Below are positions 11,649 through 23,899 of a stretch of DNA of 64,000 nucleotides, in pieces. Position 1 is the first letter of the stretch. The number at the start of each line of letters is the position of its first letter. The position numbers and the translations under genes are program-made. The notes below the pieces were generated by a model that ran no database searches, was not told where the DNA came from, and saw nothing but the letters and a program-made list of their open reading frames with translations. Source of the stretch: Phoronis australis (taxonomy: Eukaryota; Animalia; Phoronida). Where the stretch lies: assembly GCA_002633005.1 (NCBI GenBank), contig NMRA01000319.1, positions 41,546 to 105,545 of the forward strand, written 5' to 3'.

Positions 11649-14258
11649 TACAATACCCTAACTATTTAGGCAAATCTTAGACCAACAGTTTTGACACGCA
11701 AGTGGACGAGAAAGCTTGAACTTTTTACCCCCATAGTATCATAGAAATTCCTCTACACATCAAAGCCTTGATGGCGCCGTTACGGATTGAAATGAGCTAG
11801 GATCTGTTCATGAGCATTGTTGAACGCGTTGAATGAGATAATTGCGCCCGTAAACCGACACGCCTGTTTAGCGTACGAGTTTCAAAGTCCAAAAATGACA
11901 CGATAATTAAGGCAAACGACGAACATGACTTGTTTAAAATTGAAAAGTTAATAGTAGCAGTCTTTTAATTTTTAATTAGCGAAAACCTTTTCTTCAGCAT
12001 CGCGGCTACGCCACGAGCATTAAATGGTGAACCGATTAGGACTGATTAGTCACAATCGTTTGAATCCGTGTTTGAATCTTCCATCAACGGGTCATCTGTG
12101 CAAACCTGGATGCTGTACCCGTGTGGGTAGGTCGTAACATACTCAAGAACAGAATTAAAGGTACTCCTTCCGCTTAATTTTACTTAAAAGTGTCGTAAAA
12201 CGGATTTTGACACGTTAGTTCAAGCGAAACTTAAGCTCAATGTTTTCAAATATCTATTCAGATCGATGATAATAACGTGTCCAGTGTACACGCATACTCC
12301 CCGAAACCCCTAAGTTCGCTTCACAATCAAAATGTCATCACTACAAAAACGAATATAAAGCAAAAACATACATGTATAAGGTTTCACATGCAGCTTTTCC
12401 CTTAAGCATAATTCCTATTTTGGATAACGCCTCTTGCAAAAGTGGAGTATTTACACCAATTCTTAAAAGTGGGAACTCAGTGTATAAAGCATAGTACCGG
12501 GGTTTTCCGTAGATAAGCGCACCCGATGAAACGCCCATGTGCGTTTAACCGAAAAATTATGCCGAATAAACCCGCATGGGCATTGACGTTGTTAACAGTT
12601 GCCAACAGTCCTTTTAAGGACTACCAATCCACTCAGAGGGGTTGTTTCACTTACAAAAACACATATCGCGTATCATGATGGTATTTACGTAGCCAAAATT
12701 ATGATTTTCCGTTTACACACCCCTTTTCCGAATATACGCCCGGGCGTTTATTGGTGTTACTAAGATGCCTGAAAATTTTCGCTTTCCGAATTCACGCCCA
12801 GGGGCTTACCTACGGAAGACCCCTGGAACAGGAAGTTACCTAAAAATCCGATCAGTCATTTCTTAGGTATGATTTTCCAAAATTAGCCAACATTCGACAT
12901 TACGTAACTACCAGAGTTCTATGCTTAAGGTTAGCAATAGGAAACTTTATTAGTTAGAAAGTGGTGGGATAATCCGGACTAACGCTCTGACTGACTGGTG
13001 TAAATTTAACTTGTGGTTACTTTTTTCATTTTTTAGTTTGTGGAAGGAATAGCTATTCATTTTAACAGCTTTAACTATCGATTTTTAGTAAGTTCTGATC
13101 TACACTCAGTACGCTCATGCTTGTGAGCGAAGTAATCAGAAGTGTGTACCTCTAAAGAATTAACCGCCAGCGACATTGGTGAAATCTGCTAACGCTACTT
13201 GTTTGACTGAGATGCAATAAACGGAAAAAATTGAATTGCAATTTTTATTGTTTCAGTAAGGCACACAAACATTTATTATAGAATTGCCAGAAACTCAGTG
13301 AGGCACACTGTCCCTTCGGTCGCCACACATTCTTGATTACCTGACAATAATTATTACGTTTCGAAAAAATTGAGAACTAAAGTGGGCGGAATTTCATCCA
13401 AATATGGAGATTTTGACACCTTTCAGAGAGTTATGGTAATTCTTTAAAATCTGAGAGCTTCGTACCTAAATCGAACTGGGAGGGTTGGCAAAGACACTTA
13501 CACATTTCTGTGGCATGACTTTGTAGAATACATCAGTGTTTTATCAAGTCCAGTGCAGTCGGAGACTCATTGCGGGATACGGCTTTGCTGAAAGCTGATC
13601 TATTGAAGCTTGTTTCGTGAAGTTTGTGAACACGGGAAGAAAATAAAGTGACAGAGCGTTCAAGTATAAGGGTTTGAAGTAAATCCATCACGAGGGATAA
13701 TATTTTGTTACTTGTTGTTATATAATTCACATACAGTAGCCAGACATTATTGTACAAACTATTAGAGAATTCACCATAACAGAGATCTAAGCGTAAAGTT
13801 ATTATATGCGCATGACCCCATTCCAAGAAAATTGACATAGACAAGACATTAATCTTAAAGATGAGTCAATTTTAAGATAAAACTTAAATTTTTCTCGATA
13901 CCTTTAAAGAAGGGATCTTAAGTTATACTCAAATTTTTGCCTTAAGTTTTATCTTAGTTTTGACTTTCTTACAGGATGTGGAAGTTGAGAAAAGTGTTTG
14001 CAAGTCCCAGAAACATTAACAGTTCGAAAATGCTACGGCAATCCAGACTAACACTCTGTAAACTGTTAGTGGTTACTTGTTTTTTTATTTTTTTTACTTT
14101 GTGGAGGATATTGCTTGAATCACCCATACCACCAGCGCATGACACTTACCTTCGTATGCTGAAACAGTGACGTATGGATGATGAAATGGACTAATCAGAT
14201 TACCACAAGTGAACCAAAGATGTACAATGTAATTAAAGCTTAGGTGTCTGGTAATATG
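11649..14258. repeat. Tandem segmental duplication, copy 2 (about 2.6 kb)
   Basis: Same start and end sequences as copy 1. Lacks the segment at about 8954-9435 of copy 1. Confidence 0.95.
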
Positions 14259-15004
14259 TTAACAAAGCTCTTTGAGTCTATACGACTAATGTACTTATAA
14301 CTAATTATGAATGGATAGTAAACAATACACAACTCGTTTTTATTGCCGTGTTCTGCTTCTTGCGTGCATTTCCAAACAAATTATCAAAAAATAGCGCACT
14401 GTAAAAATGTTTCAATAATTTTGGGACATACAGCATATGTAGGACTGAGCGCTACACAGGAACATCAGCTTTGTGATTTGAGTGCACAGTCTATCCTATA
14501 TGTATGTTCTAAACCAACCTTTGTTTATGATGCGATTGTCAGGGTAATATCGTATTAGGCAGTTAACTTATTCGTTTTATGTACTAGTTGATATTACAAC
14601 AACTCATTTGTAACGAGAAGGTGTTATTTAATTTACACTTGTCTTGTGTGGTAAACTTGTACTTTTCATGAAGAAAAGTGAGAACAGTTATATTAATATA
14701 GAGATTTTCCACTTAACTGTGATTATAAGTGAGTAGACGTCTGTCAATAAAGGGTGATCACCTCAGGCTATAAGAGATCAGAAACACCTAATGTAAATAG
14801 AGGTTACCTGTGGAAGCAGGTCCACCTATATAAATAGAGATAGACCCGCACTGCGGAGTTTCGTAACCTTTATAACAAGGCAAACGCATATTAAAACCCC
14901 GTGCTAGAGACGACAACAACGATGAAAAGGAAATGTTCTTAATCTCTCCTGCAATATATCCATAACTAACAGTAATAATTTTGAAATGGTCAGTTAAGAC
15001 TTAC

Positions 15005-15152
15005 TTGTGGCATCGATGAATATTTCCGTAAGCGACAAGACGGTGGGAGTAACGCTACTTAGGAACAGTCCCAGAAAGGCAGTCCCGCTGAATAAGATGG
15101 CGTGGTTCGTCCTTAAGGCCATCATAAAAATTAAGGAAACCAAACATCCACC
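15005..15152 (-). CDS. MFSD4A: MFSD4A-like coding exon 8
   Basis: Acceptor ttttctag and donor A|gtaagt. Encodes GGCLVSLIFMMALRTNHAILFSGTAFLGLFLSSVTPTVLSLTEIFIDAT. Confidence 0.93.
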
Positions 15153-15556
15153 CTAGAAAAATGCCAGAGTTTGGATTGATGGACTTTAGTGACATTGCGT
15201 ATAGGAATGGTGACGTGGGGATTTGAAATGCGCCAACGACTGCACTGCAAATGGTATTCTTCTATGAATGTCAATTAGTATCCTACAAATTGTCAATGCA
15301 CGTTATAGAACGTTCATTGAACCTGTTCGAAAATAATTAAGAAACCGTCAAGGAAATCTAAACATTAAGAGACAAACATTAAATATAGAATTGCCACCAG
15401 GGAAGATGCAGATTGTGGAAGTTGATTTGACTATGATTATGGCAATGATGGGGGAAATGTTGAGATGTTCAGTCCTGTCGTCTACTCCAGAGATTACGTC
15501 ATGTTTAGAGTGAAGGCTCGTTCGCACTTATGCACCATGATAATGTGATCACTTAC

Positions 15557-15637
15557 CACATTGAAGCATAGCATGAGCGCCGGTGACAATCGCGTTGAAA
15601 TAGGAATGGATATGAGTCGTCCCAAGGCAAATACTCC
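15557..15637 (-). CDS. MFSD4A: MFSD4A-like coding exon 7
   Basis: Acceptor tcttcag and donor GTG|gtaagt. Encodes GVFALGRLISIPISTRLSPALMLCFNV. Confidence 0.93.
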
Positions 15638-16616
15638 CTGAAGACAAAGGGCGAAAAAAAATAGATGTCAATGTATTATTTCCAGCGTTTTCGTGCACGT
15701 GTTTATTGTATGTGTCAGCAAAGGTCATCTACACCGTTAAGTTAGCATTTTCTCTACTTTACAGCATTAAAGCAGAGTGCAGGTGGCGAAATACACTGGC
15801 TCACCCTGTTGATGATGGCAATAACTATTGAGCAGATATTACATTAGTTCAACATTAAGGCTTACTTCCCGGTTTAAATGGTTCGTGTTATTGTTTGTAG
15901 GCGTCGGTTACACCATTGATATTTGGATTCTGGTTAATTGATGTCTTAGTTTGTTTGTTTGACCTTTCAAATATGTTGCTTTTACGCTGATGACTTTGGG
16001 TAGGTGCCTACTGTGAAAAGAACTTAGCACATGTATTTTCTCGAACTGACCTGAAAATCAAATGTGCTTACCATTGTTTTACTTCCGGTAACATATAGAT
16101 GACGATTATGTGTCGTGTCGTGTTCTGACATTTACCTGTCTGCATCTATTCAAGCAATAAATTAATTGTCTGCTCCATGGGTTATTCGTCAAGCTCAACA
16201 ATTCTCCTCTCAAATAATTGTTGGACGTACCTGAACTGCGATTCTTAAAGTGGAGCTTGCACGCTATTTCCTTATCTCTGTTATTGCTTGGTCAAATTTG
16301 TTTGAAACACTACATATAGCAACGATGTGACTATGAAGTACGTTGAAAATTGCCAAATGTTTTAAGAACAAGTTTTGTGTCGAAAATAATTCAACAAAAC
16401 ACTCAACCGTGCCCAGTAAGTATCGTGACTTGGTGTTGAATAACACTGCATGATGCGGGCTATGAGAGCCCCCAAGCCGTACGTCATTAATGCAAAGGTC
16501 ACCTATTTGCAGTTGTTTTGTTTTCACATTTACAAGTTGTCACTCAATACGAATGCACTTTGTGTCAGCGTAGATGATGTTCAAATAGCATTGTCGGTAA
16601 TAGTTCTTGCATTACG

Positions 16617-16779
16617 CAGGGGGCGGATCCAGGATTTTGAGCTGGGGGGGGCAGGGCAGAGTATTAGTCAGGCTTATGCCCGCTAGACATTCGCACCCTC
16701 GAACTGCCAGATGGAATCTGGGAGAATTTTTTTGGGACCATGGCCCCCTTGCGCCCCTCTCGCTTTAAATCTGCCATTG
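16617..16779. mobile_element. MITE of CAG(T/G)GGCGGAT family, degenerate 5-bp TSD
   Basis: CAGGGGCGGATCCAGGA...TAAATCTGCCATTG with flanks ttacg/ttaca. Reverse-complement similarity to 6002-6137. Confidence 0.75.
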
Positions 16780-16874
16780 TTACATGTAGCAAAGTTAGGA
16801 GCATCCAAATAAATCTTAATTCCCTCACGATATCATTCGGACAATCTCTCTGTTTCAAAATTGATTTTGCTTAC

Positions 16875-16967
16875 CCAAAAAATGGCGTTCAAGTACGCAG
16901 CCTCCAGTTTCTGTAATTGCACTTTTCCTTCTACCGCATATGAATAAATGTAGTCAGCGTATTCAGC
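16875..16967 (-). CDS. MFSD4A: MFSD4A-like coding exon 6
   Basis: Acceptor gtttccag and donor TGG|gtaagc. Encodes AEYADYIYSYAVEGKVQLQKLEAAYLNAIFW (family YSYAV and YL...FW motifs). Confidence 0.9.
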
Positions 16968-17358
16968 CTGGAAACACACGTTAAATCACCGGCACTTGAA
17001 TAAACACATGTTTAGTCAGCTTATTCAGCATGGAAACACATGTGAAATCGCTATGACACTTGGATAAATGTACTAGGCGTATTCGTCCTGGAAGCACACG
17101 TGAAATCACTGACACTTGAATAAATACATGTATAGCCAGCTTATTCAGCAGGGAAACACATGTGAAATCGCTATGACACTTGGATAAATGCACTAGGCGT
17201 ATTCGTCCTGGGAACAAACGTGAAATCACTGGCACTTGGATAAATACATGTATAGTCAGCTTATTCAGCAGGGAAACACATGTGAAATTGCTATGACACT
17301 TGGATAACTGTAGTAAGCGTATTCGTCCTGGAAACACCTGTGAAATCAATATGACATT
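16941..17358. repeat. Satellite with 120-bp period (two diverged ~60-bp subunits) overlapping the acceptor and 5' end of MFSD4A exon 6
   Basis: The motif gcgtattc(ag/gt)cctgg recurs with its ctg at 16968, 17088, 17208 and 17328. Confidence 0.92.
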
Positions 17359-17722
17359 TAAAAAATTGTCTCCTGATCAAAATGCATTGTTCTCCAAAAG
17401 ATTGTCAGGGATTGTTTTCAAAATGTTCTACAATTCCATGAGGGGCTATCAAACATTAGGACCTTATTGATTTTGATGAACAAAATGAAGTTCCATAGAC
17501 GTAAAGCGAAATGACAGTGTTTTTGTGATGTCACCTTGACCATTTACATCAAATACAAAATGATAAGTGTAAAAAATCAAATACTGCAGGCTTTTTATAG
17601 ATTCAGAAGTAAATATATACTTTACCCGAGATATGCATAATTTTGTACTTATTTGGCGAAATACGTTAACTTGTCACTGAGCTCCTACATAACCTAAACT
17701 GAAAGTGTTTCACGAGATACCT

Positions 17723-17955
17723 GGTGACAAAACCTCATGTACATGTGGGTTCAAAAGGTGACTAACCCTCATGTACATGTGGATTCAAAATGTGACTAAA
17801 CTTCACGTGCATGTGGGTTCAAAAAGTAACTAAACCTACATATGCGTTCAAAACGTGACTAAACCTCGTGTGCATGTGGGTTCAAAAGGTGACTAAACCT
17901 CATGTAACTGTGGGTTCAAAAGGAAACTAAATCTCATGTACATGTGGGTTCAAAA
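17723..17955. repeat. Minisatellite, about 34 bp x7
   Basis: Unit ggtgactaaacctcatgtacatgtgggttcaaaa. Confidence 0.92.
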
Positions 17956-18589
17956 TTGAAAGGTGAAATATCAAAAATCGTACAAAATCGACAATGGCGT
18001 AAATTCCCAAACGTTCATTAAAAAAATGCAATGAATTATCGAAAAAACGGACGCAACATTTTATAAAACACACGGCTAGATATTTTAGCTCTCAGTGTAG
18101 ATATACTGTCTGCGTCCATAACGAAGCGTTTCCATTTGATTTGAATTACATCTTTTACCCGATTTTGTTGGGGGACGCTGTGTAAGCAACATGGCCCCTC
18201 CCGCATTACACGGCGATAAAACTCTCCTTTAGCCCAGAAATAAGAAAGCGTGTGACCTTCTCTGGAAATCAAGCACATTTTTGTGTCTCTTGTGTAGGGA
18301 AGGCGAAACAGAGTAGTAGCCCTCAGAACAGCAGTAAGTACTCCATAGGCATTGGAAGGACGAATAGATTAACGCAACCGAGAAAAACTTGTTAAGAATC
18401 AGACGTAACAACAAATAACATGTGAAACTCCAGTGGCACCATAAACTATAGATAACGAATAGCTGTGGTGGTACGAAAACGAGGCAGCAAATGTGACTGA
18501 CGCATGTTATCGGCATCGTTGGTAAATACAGCGAGATTCGAGTATCACTATATAATCCGGGACGGCCCTAGTAATCTACATGTGCATGT

Positions 18590-18950
18590 ATTTATTATGA
18601 CCCAGATTAAAAGTGGCGTGGCCTAAAAATAGCCGCCTGATCGCCGTGCGGCGGAATTTTCACCGGACAGTCTTTGCTGAAAGTTTATAGTTTTTGAAGC
18701 AGTAAAATTGCTTTAGTCATTAACGACACCTTGGATCAACGAACGAGCGTAATCAAACGTGACGTCGTACATGTATACATGACACACACACGAATTTTTT
18801 CCATCGGGAGACTACACACCGACTGTGAAATGCAACATGTAGCGTTGTGTAATGATACTCTCTACTTTCCCACATTTCTCGACGCAGTTCAAGGCGTATT
18901 GAACGCGTATTGAACGCCCATTAACACGTATACATTGTCTGGGATAGAGG
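18590..18950 (+). repeat. Dispersed repeat; related copy at about 25205-25545
   Basis: Shared blocks ggcctaaaa-tagcc-ctgatc...cggaattt...gaaagtttatagttttt...gcagtaaaa-tgcttt...ctaatcaaa. Confidence 0.75.
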
Positions 18951-19065
18951 AGGATTTGGAGAATTTGTTTTTCACACCGAATGATATTATCTGTTTGGAT
19001 TTAGCTTGTAGTTCAGTGTCTCTAAAGGTTTTCACTCGTGTTTTGTGTCTACAAAAACGCATTAC

Positions 19066-19187
19066 CTGCAAGCCGTCGTAGATGAAAACCATGGCTGAGG
19101 ATAAGGCAGTCACAACCAGAATGGTTCGCGGGGCGATGTTGACTATACCGTCTAGTAACGGGGCACCATGAGCGTGTGTTTGGTTAG
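19066..19187 (-). CDS. MFSD4A: MFSD4A-like coding exon 5
   Basis: Acceptor tttccag and donor CAG|gtaatg. Encodes NQTHAHGAPLLDGIVNIAPRTILVVTALSSAMVFIYDGLQ. Confidence 0.88.
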
Positions 19188-19716
19188 CTGGAAATAGTTA
19201 TAGACGAATCAGATATACTTAAACACTGTATAGTAAATTATAAACAAGATTATGGTGGACAATGGTGTAAACTGTCTGGAAACATGCATTTTCAAAATGG
19301 CGGAAGACGGAGCAGTGACGAAGTCACGTGATACAGTGTAGTAGCGAAACACAGTGGGCGTGTCTGTGCCAGCCCAAAGAGGAGATGGGGAGAAAGAAAG
19401 CTGGCTTGTGTCCATAGACTGGGGTCAAGGCTAATCAGAGCGGTGTCGACACGTGGTGTTACCGTGACCAATGAACGGAGCTCTGTGCGCGTCAGTGACG
19501 CTAGGGAGAGAAACGTCCCTCGCAGGATGAGAAAAAATAACATACTACGGAGGTGAAATCCACTGAAGATTATATACTGTAGTCTAGTGTAGACGGTATG
19601 GAAATGTTTATAGTAGAAGTTGATGTTGATTGTCATGGTGACAGTGATGACAAATGACGGGTTACAATAATGATGGTTAAAGCATAATGACACCTGATGG
19701 CGTTTTAGGTGAACAC

Positions 19717-19900
<184 letters not shown>

Positions 19901-20045
19901 GTCATGCTAAAAATAGTCATAGTGATCACGCTGCTCAAACACTATATTGTAGGTGGTAGTATGGGGTGTACTCTTGAAACGATTAACGAGCCAGTGGCGA
20001 CAGGGATTGATTTAGTGCCAAGAAAGTTACTGTGTAATGTGGGCA

Positions 20046-20468
20046 ACCAATATGCATTTAGTGTAGTGTAGGCTACCAATGTGTATGAAGTGGAGTGTAG
20101 GCTATCAATATGTATGAAGTGGAGTGTAGGCTATCAATATGTATGAAGTGGAGTGTAGGCTATCAATATGCATTTAGTGTAGTGTAGGCTACCAATGTGT
20201 ATGAAGTGTAGTGTAGGCTATCAATATGTATGAAGTGGAGTGTAGGCTATCAATATGTATGAAGTGGAGTGTAGGCTATCAATATGTATGAAGTGGAGTG
20301 TAGGCTATCAATATGCATTTAGTGTAGTGTAGGCTATCAATATGTATGAAGTGGAGTGTAGGCTATCAATATGTATGAAGTGGAGTGTAGGCTATCAATA
20401 TGCATTTAGTGTAGTGTAGGCTACTAACATGAATGAAGTGGAGTGTCGGCGACCAATATACGTGTAGG
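20046..20468. repeat. 29-bp minisatellite, about 14 copies, two interspersed variants
   Basis: gtgtaggctatcaatatgtatgaagtgga alternates with the variant ...aatatgcatttagtgta. Confidence 0.95.
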
Positions 20469-20849
20469 TAATCCAGGGGTATGTTTCATGACAAGAGACG
20501 TAAGGATAAGGCCAGAAAAGTGGTCTCAAGATCCAACAACAATTTGTGGAAAAATAATTAAATATTTTTTGAACAAAACTAGAAAATCTGAGAGTACACG
20601 TGTAACTTCTAATGTTAACGAATTACTTCGACTATGTTGAGTTCATAATTACTTGGATAAACCTTTATTCAAAAAATGCGAAGTCCAAACTTCTGTTTTA
20701 AGTCTTACGTGTAAGTCAACTCTTATGAAGCTGACCTCAGGGACACTTGTGCAAAATGCAGTCTCTGAGAATATACACATCACTCTGAGGTACTGAGAGA
20801 ATTTCTTAAGATTATAAAAATATGGACAATTTCTTCAAAATTAGTGCAT

Positions 20850-21311
20850 ACGTAAACAAAGGCTTTGTATTAGTCGACGTTTCGGTTAATTATCACTAAA
20901 GCATTCTCAAGACAAATGTTCTTCGCAATACTCCAGTCAGGTAGCAGTGAAAACCATGCGAGCACCCAGCCTAAATTATAGGTGGGCTTGAATTTTCCGA
21001 TATGCGGACCTTTTACTGAAAGAAATCAACGAGGACTAAAAAAGCGGGTCCCCTAGGCTCAGGCCCACGAATCGTGCTTCCGCGCAGATTTCCCGTGGAT
21101 TTTGTGGACTTTTGTGTCGTTTACTCGGACATTATGTTTCACTGATGCAGACCTTTTTGCCCGATTGCCCCCCCCCCCCCTCCCCCCGGGTGCTCCGATG
21201 CCACTATTCCCATATGTAACCTGACTGGAGTATTGTGGACGACAGTTGTCTTGAGATTGGTTTATTTATAATAAACCGAAACGTCGACTAATACAATGTC
21301 TTTGTTTACGT
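20850..21311. mobile_element. Inverted repeat of about 97 bp (20850-20946 and 21215-21311) resembling Penelope-like element ends, enclosing a MITE at 20955-21200
   Basis: The left arm acgtaaacaaaggctttgtattagtcgacgtttcggtt...caatactccagtcaggt is mirrored in the right arm. The inner element has catgcgagcaccc...gggtgctccgatg termini. Confidence 0.7.
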
Positions 21312-22338
21312 GCCGATTTTAAGGTTCATATTAATATTTCGGCCAAAAACAAATGTGATCAATGGGCAATTTCATTTGCGACGGACGTAGTTTTAAAGAA
21401 AATTAGATCAATTGTGAAAAAAAATATTCCTAGGAAAATATTGAATACACCAATTGGTATGTCGCTTTGATGGCGTTCAATTCTTTATCAAACTTTGTCT
21501 GATCTTTTTGCCTGAACGGGGAAAATTGCCTCTAAATTGTAGGACATACGCAGAGAATTTGGATTTTTAAAAAAAAATTAACATTATTTTTCTGTGAATT
21601 GTTTAATATGATGATTAAGTGGAATGTTTTTGAAGTACAACACACTGTTTTAATGATATCGTCTAAGAATTTTTGTCGCGAGACAACTCGATGAAAGTTG
21701 AGTGAGGGTGACAGACATACGTGACGGAGATACGCTCTGAATTTCTAGTATTAAACTGTTTTTGTTGCAGCTAAGATAGGAATTCAGAATATATCAAACT
21801 TCAGTATTTAATCTATATTGGTCTTTTACTAGTGATTCAAAATTAAATGAGATTTTAATGAAATGTATATATTTCTTTTTGTTTAATTAAAACATACCGA
21901 TTGGCATTTCGTATAGAATCATCACATCAAGTCAGACTATGCTGGGTATGTACGCAAAGATGCTAACTTTTCAGAACATTTGATTACGAATATAAAAGTA
22001 CCTCTGAAAATGCTCTTCGCGAAAATGGTATTCAATATGGATGAGAATGAGAGCAATAATCATTTTGTATTTGACACCTCGTGTCATTTAGATAAACTGT
22101 TTTTGCATTAAGTATGAATACAAATTTGAAACTAGAAAGTAAACATGGCTATCCTAAATATAAAATGTGACGTAGAACTTAAAACATTAGCGGTCATCAT
22201 TGATAAAAATGCATTTTATTTGTTTGTTTCTTTAGATTAGGACTCGTCTTAAGCTTGTCAAGACCATATCGCTGACGGATCGGATGCATGCCCGCGTTTG
22301 TGTAGTGATTCATTATGAGACCAGTTAGGCATACTTAC

Positions 22339-22438
22339 TGTGTACTTTTGACTTTTTTTGCTTCTCAAAACTTTCTTCTTCATCCGTCTCTCGGCTTTCT
22401 TTGTAAATTAGAGTGCTTATAAATATTGGAATTGGTAT
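22339..22438 (-). CDS. MFSD4A: MFSD4A-like coding exon 4
   Basis: Acceptor ttctttcag and donor A|gtaagt. Encodes IPIPIFISTLIYKESRETDEEESFEKQKKSKVH (end of a TM helix and the central loop). Confidence 0.85.
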
Positions 22439-22848
22439 CTGAAAGAAACGGGAAATGCATACGGAAAGTGTGAATGAAAGTATCCGTGTATGATATAACA
22501 ACGTTTTACTGTTTCCGAAACAGCGTGAGGCCGCGGTGCTGCCTGCGGGATATCTCCGAGTAATGCATATCATTGTCACAGTGGCGATAACCTCTCAAGA
22601 TCAGATATGTCAAACAGCAGCAGAGTTGAATCACAAAACGTGACAAAACGCAGACATTTGTAGACGTTGTTCAATTCCGATGATTGGCTCTCCCCTTACC
22701 TTCATGTTCTGCGAAATTTGTTATGAATGAAGCTAGAATCGTTTCCTGTCCACCATCAAATTTAACGGTAAGTATCATATTTGTATGAATAAGCAATAAT
22801 TTATAGGCTACAAGACAAAGTAGGAAGTCAGACTCTTGCAAGCTATAC

Positions 22849-23067
22849 CTGTACTGCTGCAAATATCCAAAACGCAAAACGAACATTGCTCATATCTTGT
22901 ATCTCGGCAAGAGTCATGTTTAAAGGCACGCTTGGGTCGTAAGCTTCTGGATTGTTACTGACATTTGGCAAAGGTTCAAGATACGGGGTGCAGTCGATGT
23001 CAACAATAAAGGGCTCCGCTATCAGCGGCGCCACAAATGCCCCGATACCGTAGGAAAAGTGCAAGGT
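22849..23067 (-). CDS. MFSD4A: MFSD4A-like coding exon 3
   Basis: Acceptor tttcag and donor CAG|gtatag. Encodes TLHFSYGIGAFVAPLIAEPF...VRFAFWIFAAVQ. Confidence 0.92.
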
Positions 23068-23703
23068 CTGAAATTGGAAAAAAAAGCAAGATTGGTTTAT
23101 ATTCTGGGGGTATATTTCATGAAAGCGATTTAAGAATTCGAAATTTAGTCTTACACTCCCATTTCACAATTGCTGAAAAGAAGTTTAGCCAACTAGTTAT
23201 GAGCGCATCTCATTATAGAAATAAGTTTCATAAAATTATCTTAATTACTGGAAATTCTGCATAGTCGTAGCCCACTTTTCACGAAATAGTCAACAGGTCG
23301 AGAAAAACGAATGTTTCAAAGACAAATGCTGAATATTTAAACTACGTAGGCCTTTCCATTTGATTGTGCATGATCTGAAGACTAAGAAAGTAAAACAAAA
23401 CTCATTTTTATTGAGCTGTGTTTGTTGTTAAGAAAATCATATTTCGTTTACGTAATTGCCCGGAAGCAATTTAATGAAATTTCAAAAAAGTAAGCGGGAA
23501 GGTATCTTGATAAGACGAGTTGGCATTCCTGTAGGTTAGGTTTCCATGGCGATTACAGTGATGAATTTGTATGAGCGTTTGTGAGTACAGTACAGTGTAC
23601 GTAAGTCGAACAGTCGGGAATTCTATATAACATTTCGTGAATGATACAGAAAATACTTCGTTGATCATATTCGGATTGGATTTTAGGAAAGCAGAATTCA
23701 TAC

Positions 23704-23899
23704 TTGTAAGAATGGTGGTACAGATACGCCGTATAACTTGATCATTTGAAGATTAGCTAGGCAGTCGACGAGTCCCATATTCATTCCCATGGTTGCCAGG
23801 ACGACGATGAGAACCCCGACATCTCGCGTGAACGGGATTATGAAGAGGCAGACGGGCATGACAACACTGGCAAATGCAACCATGTTGTTGGCAGAACAT
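23704..23899 (-). CDS. MFSD4A: MFSD4A-like coding exon 2
   Basis: Acceptor ttttttcag and donor CAA|gtatga. Encodes CSANNMVAF...MGMNMGLVDCLANLQMIKLYGVSVPPFLQ. Phase matches exon 1 across a 19768-bp intron. Confidence 0.92.

Noticed and set aside
16981-17349. 122-aa repetitive ORF
   Set aside because: Translation of the 120-bp satellite in a frame different from MFSD4A.
20046-20468. CRISPR-like 29-bp repeat
   Set aside because: No spacers; it is a plain minisatellite.
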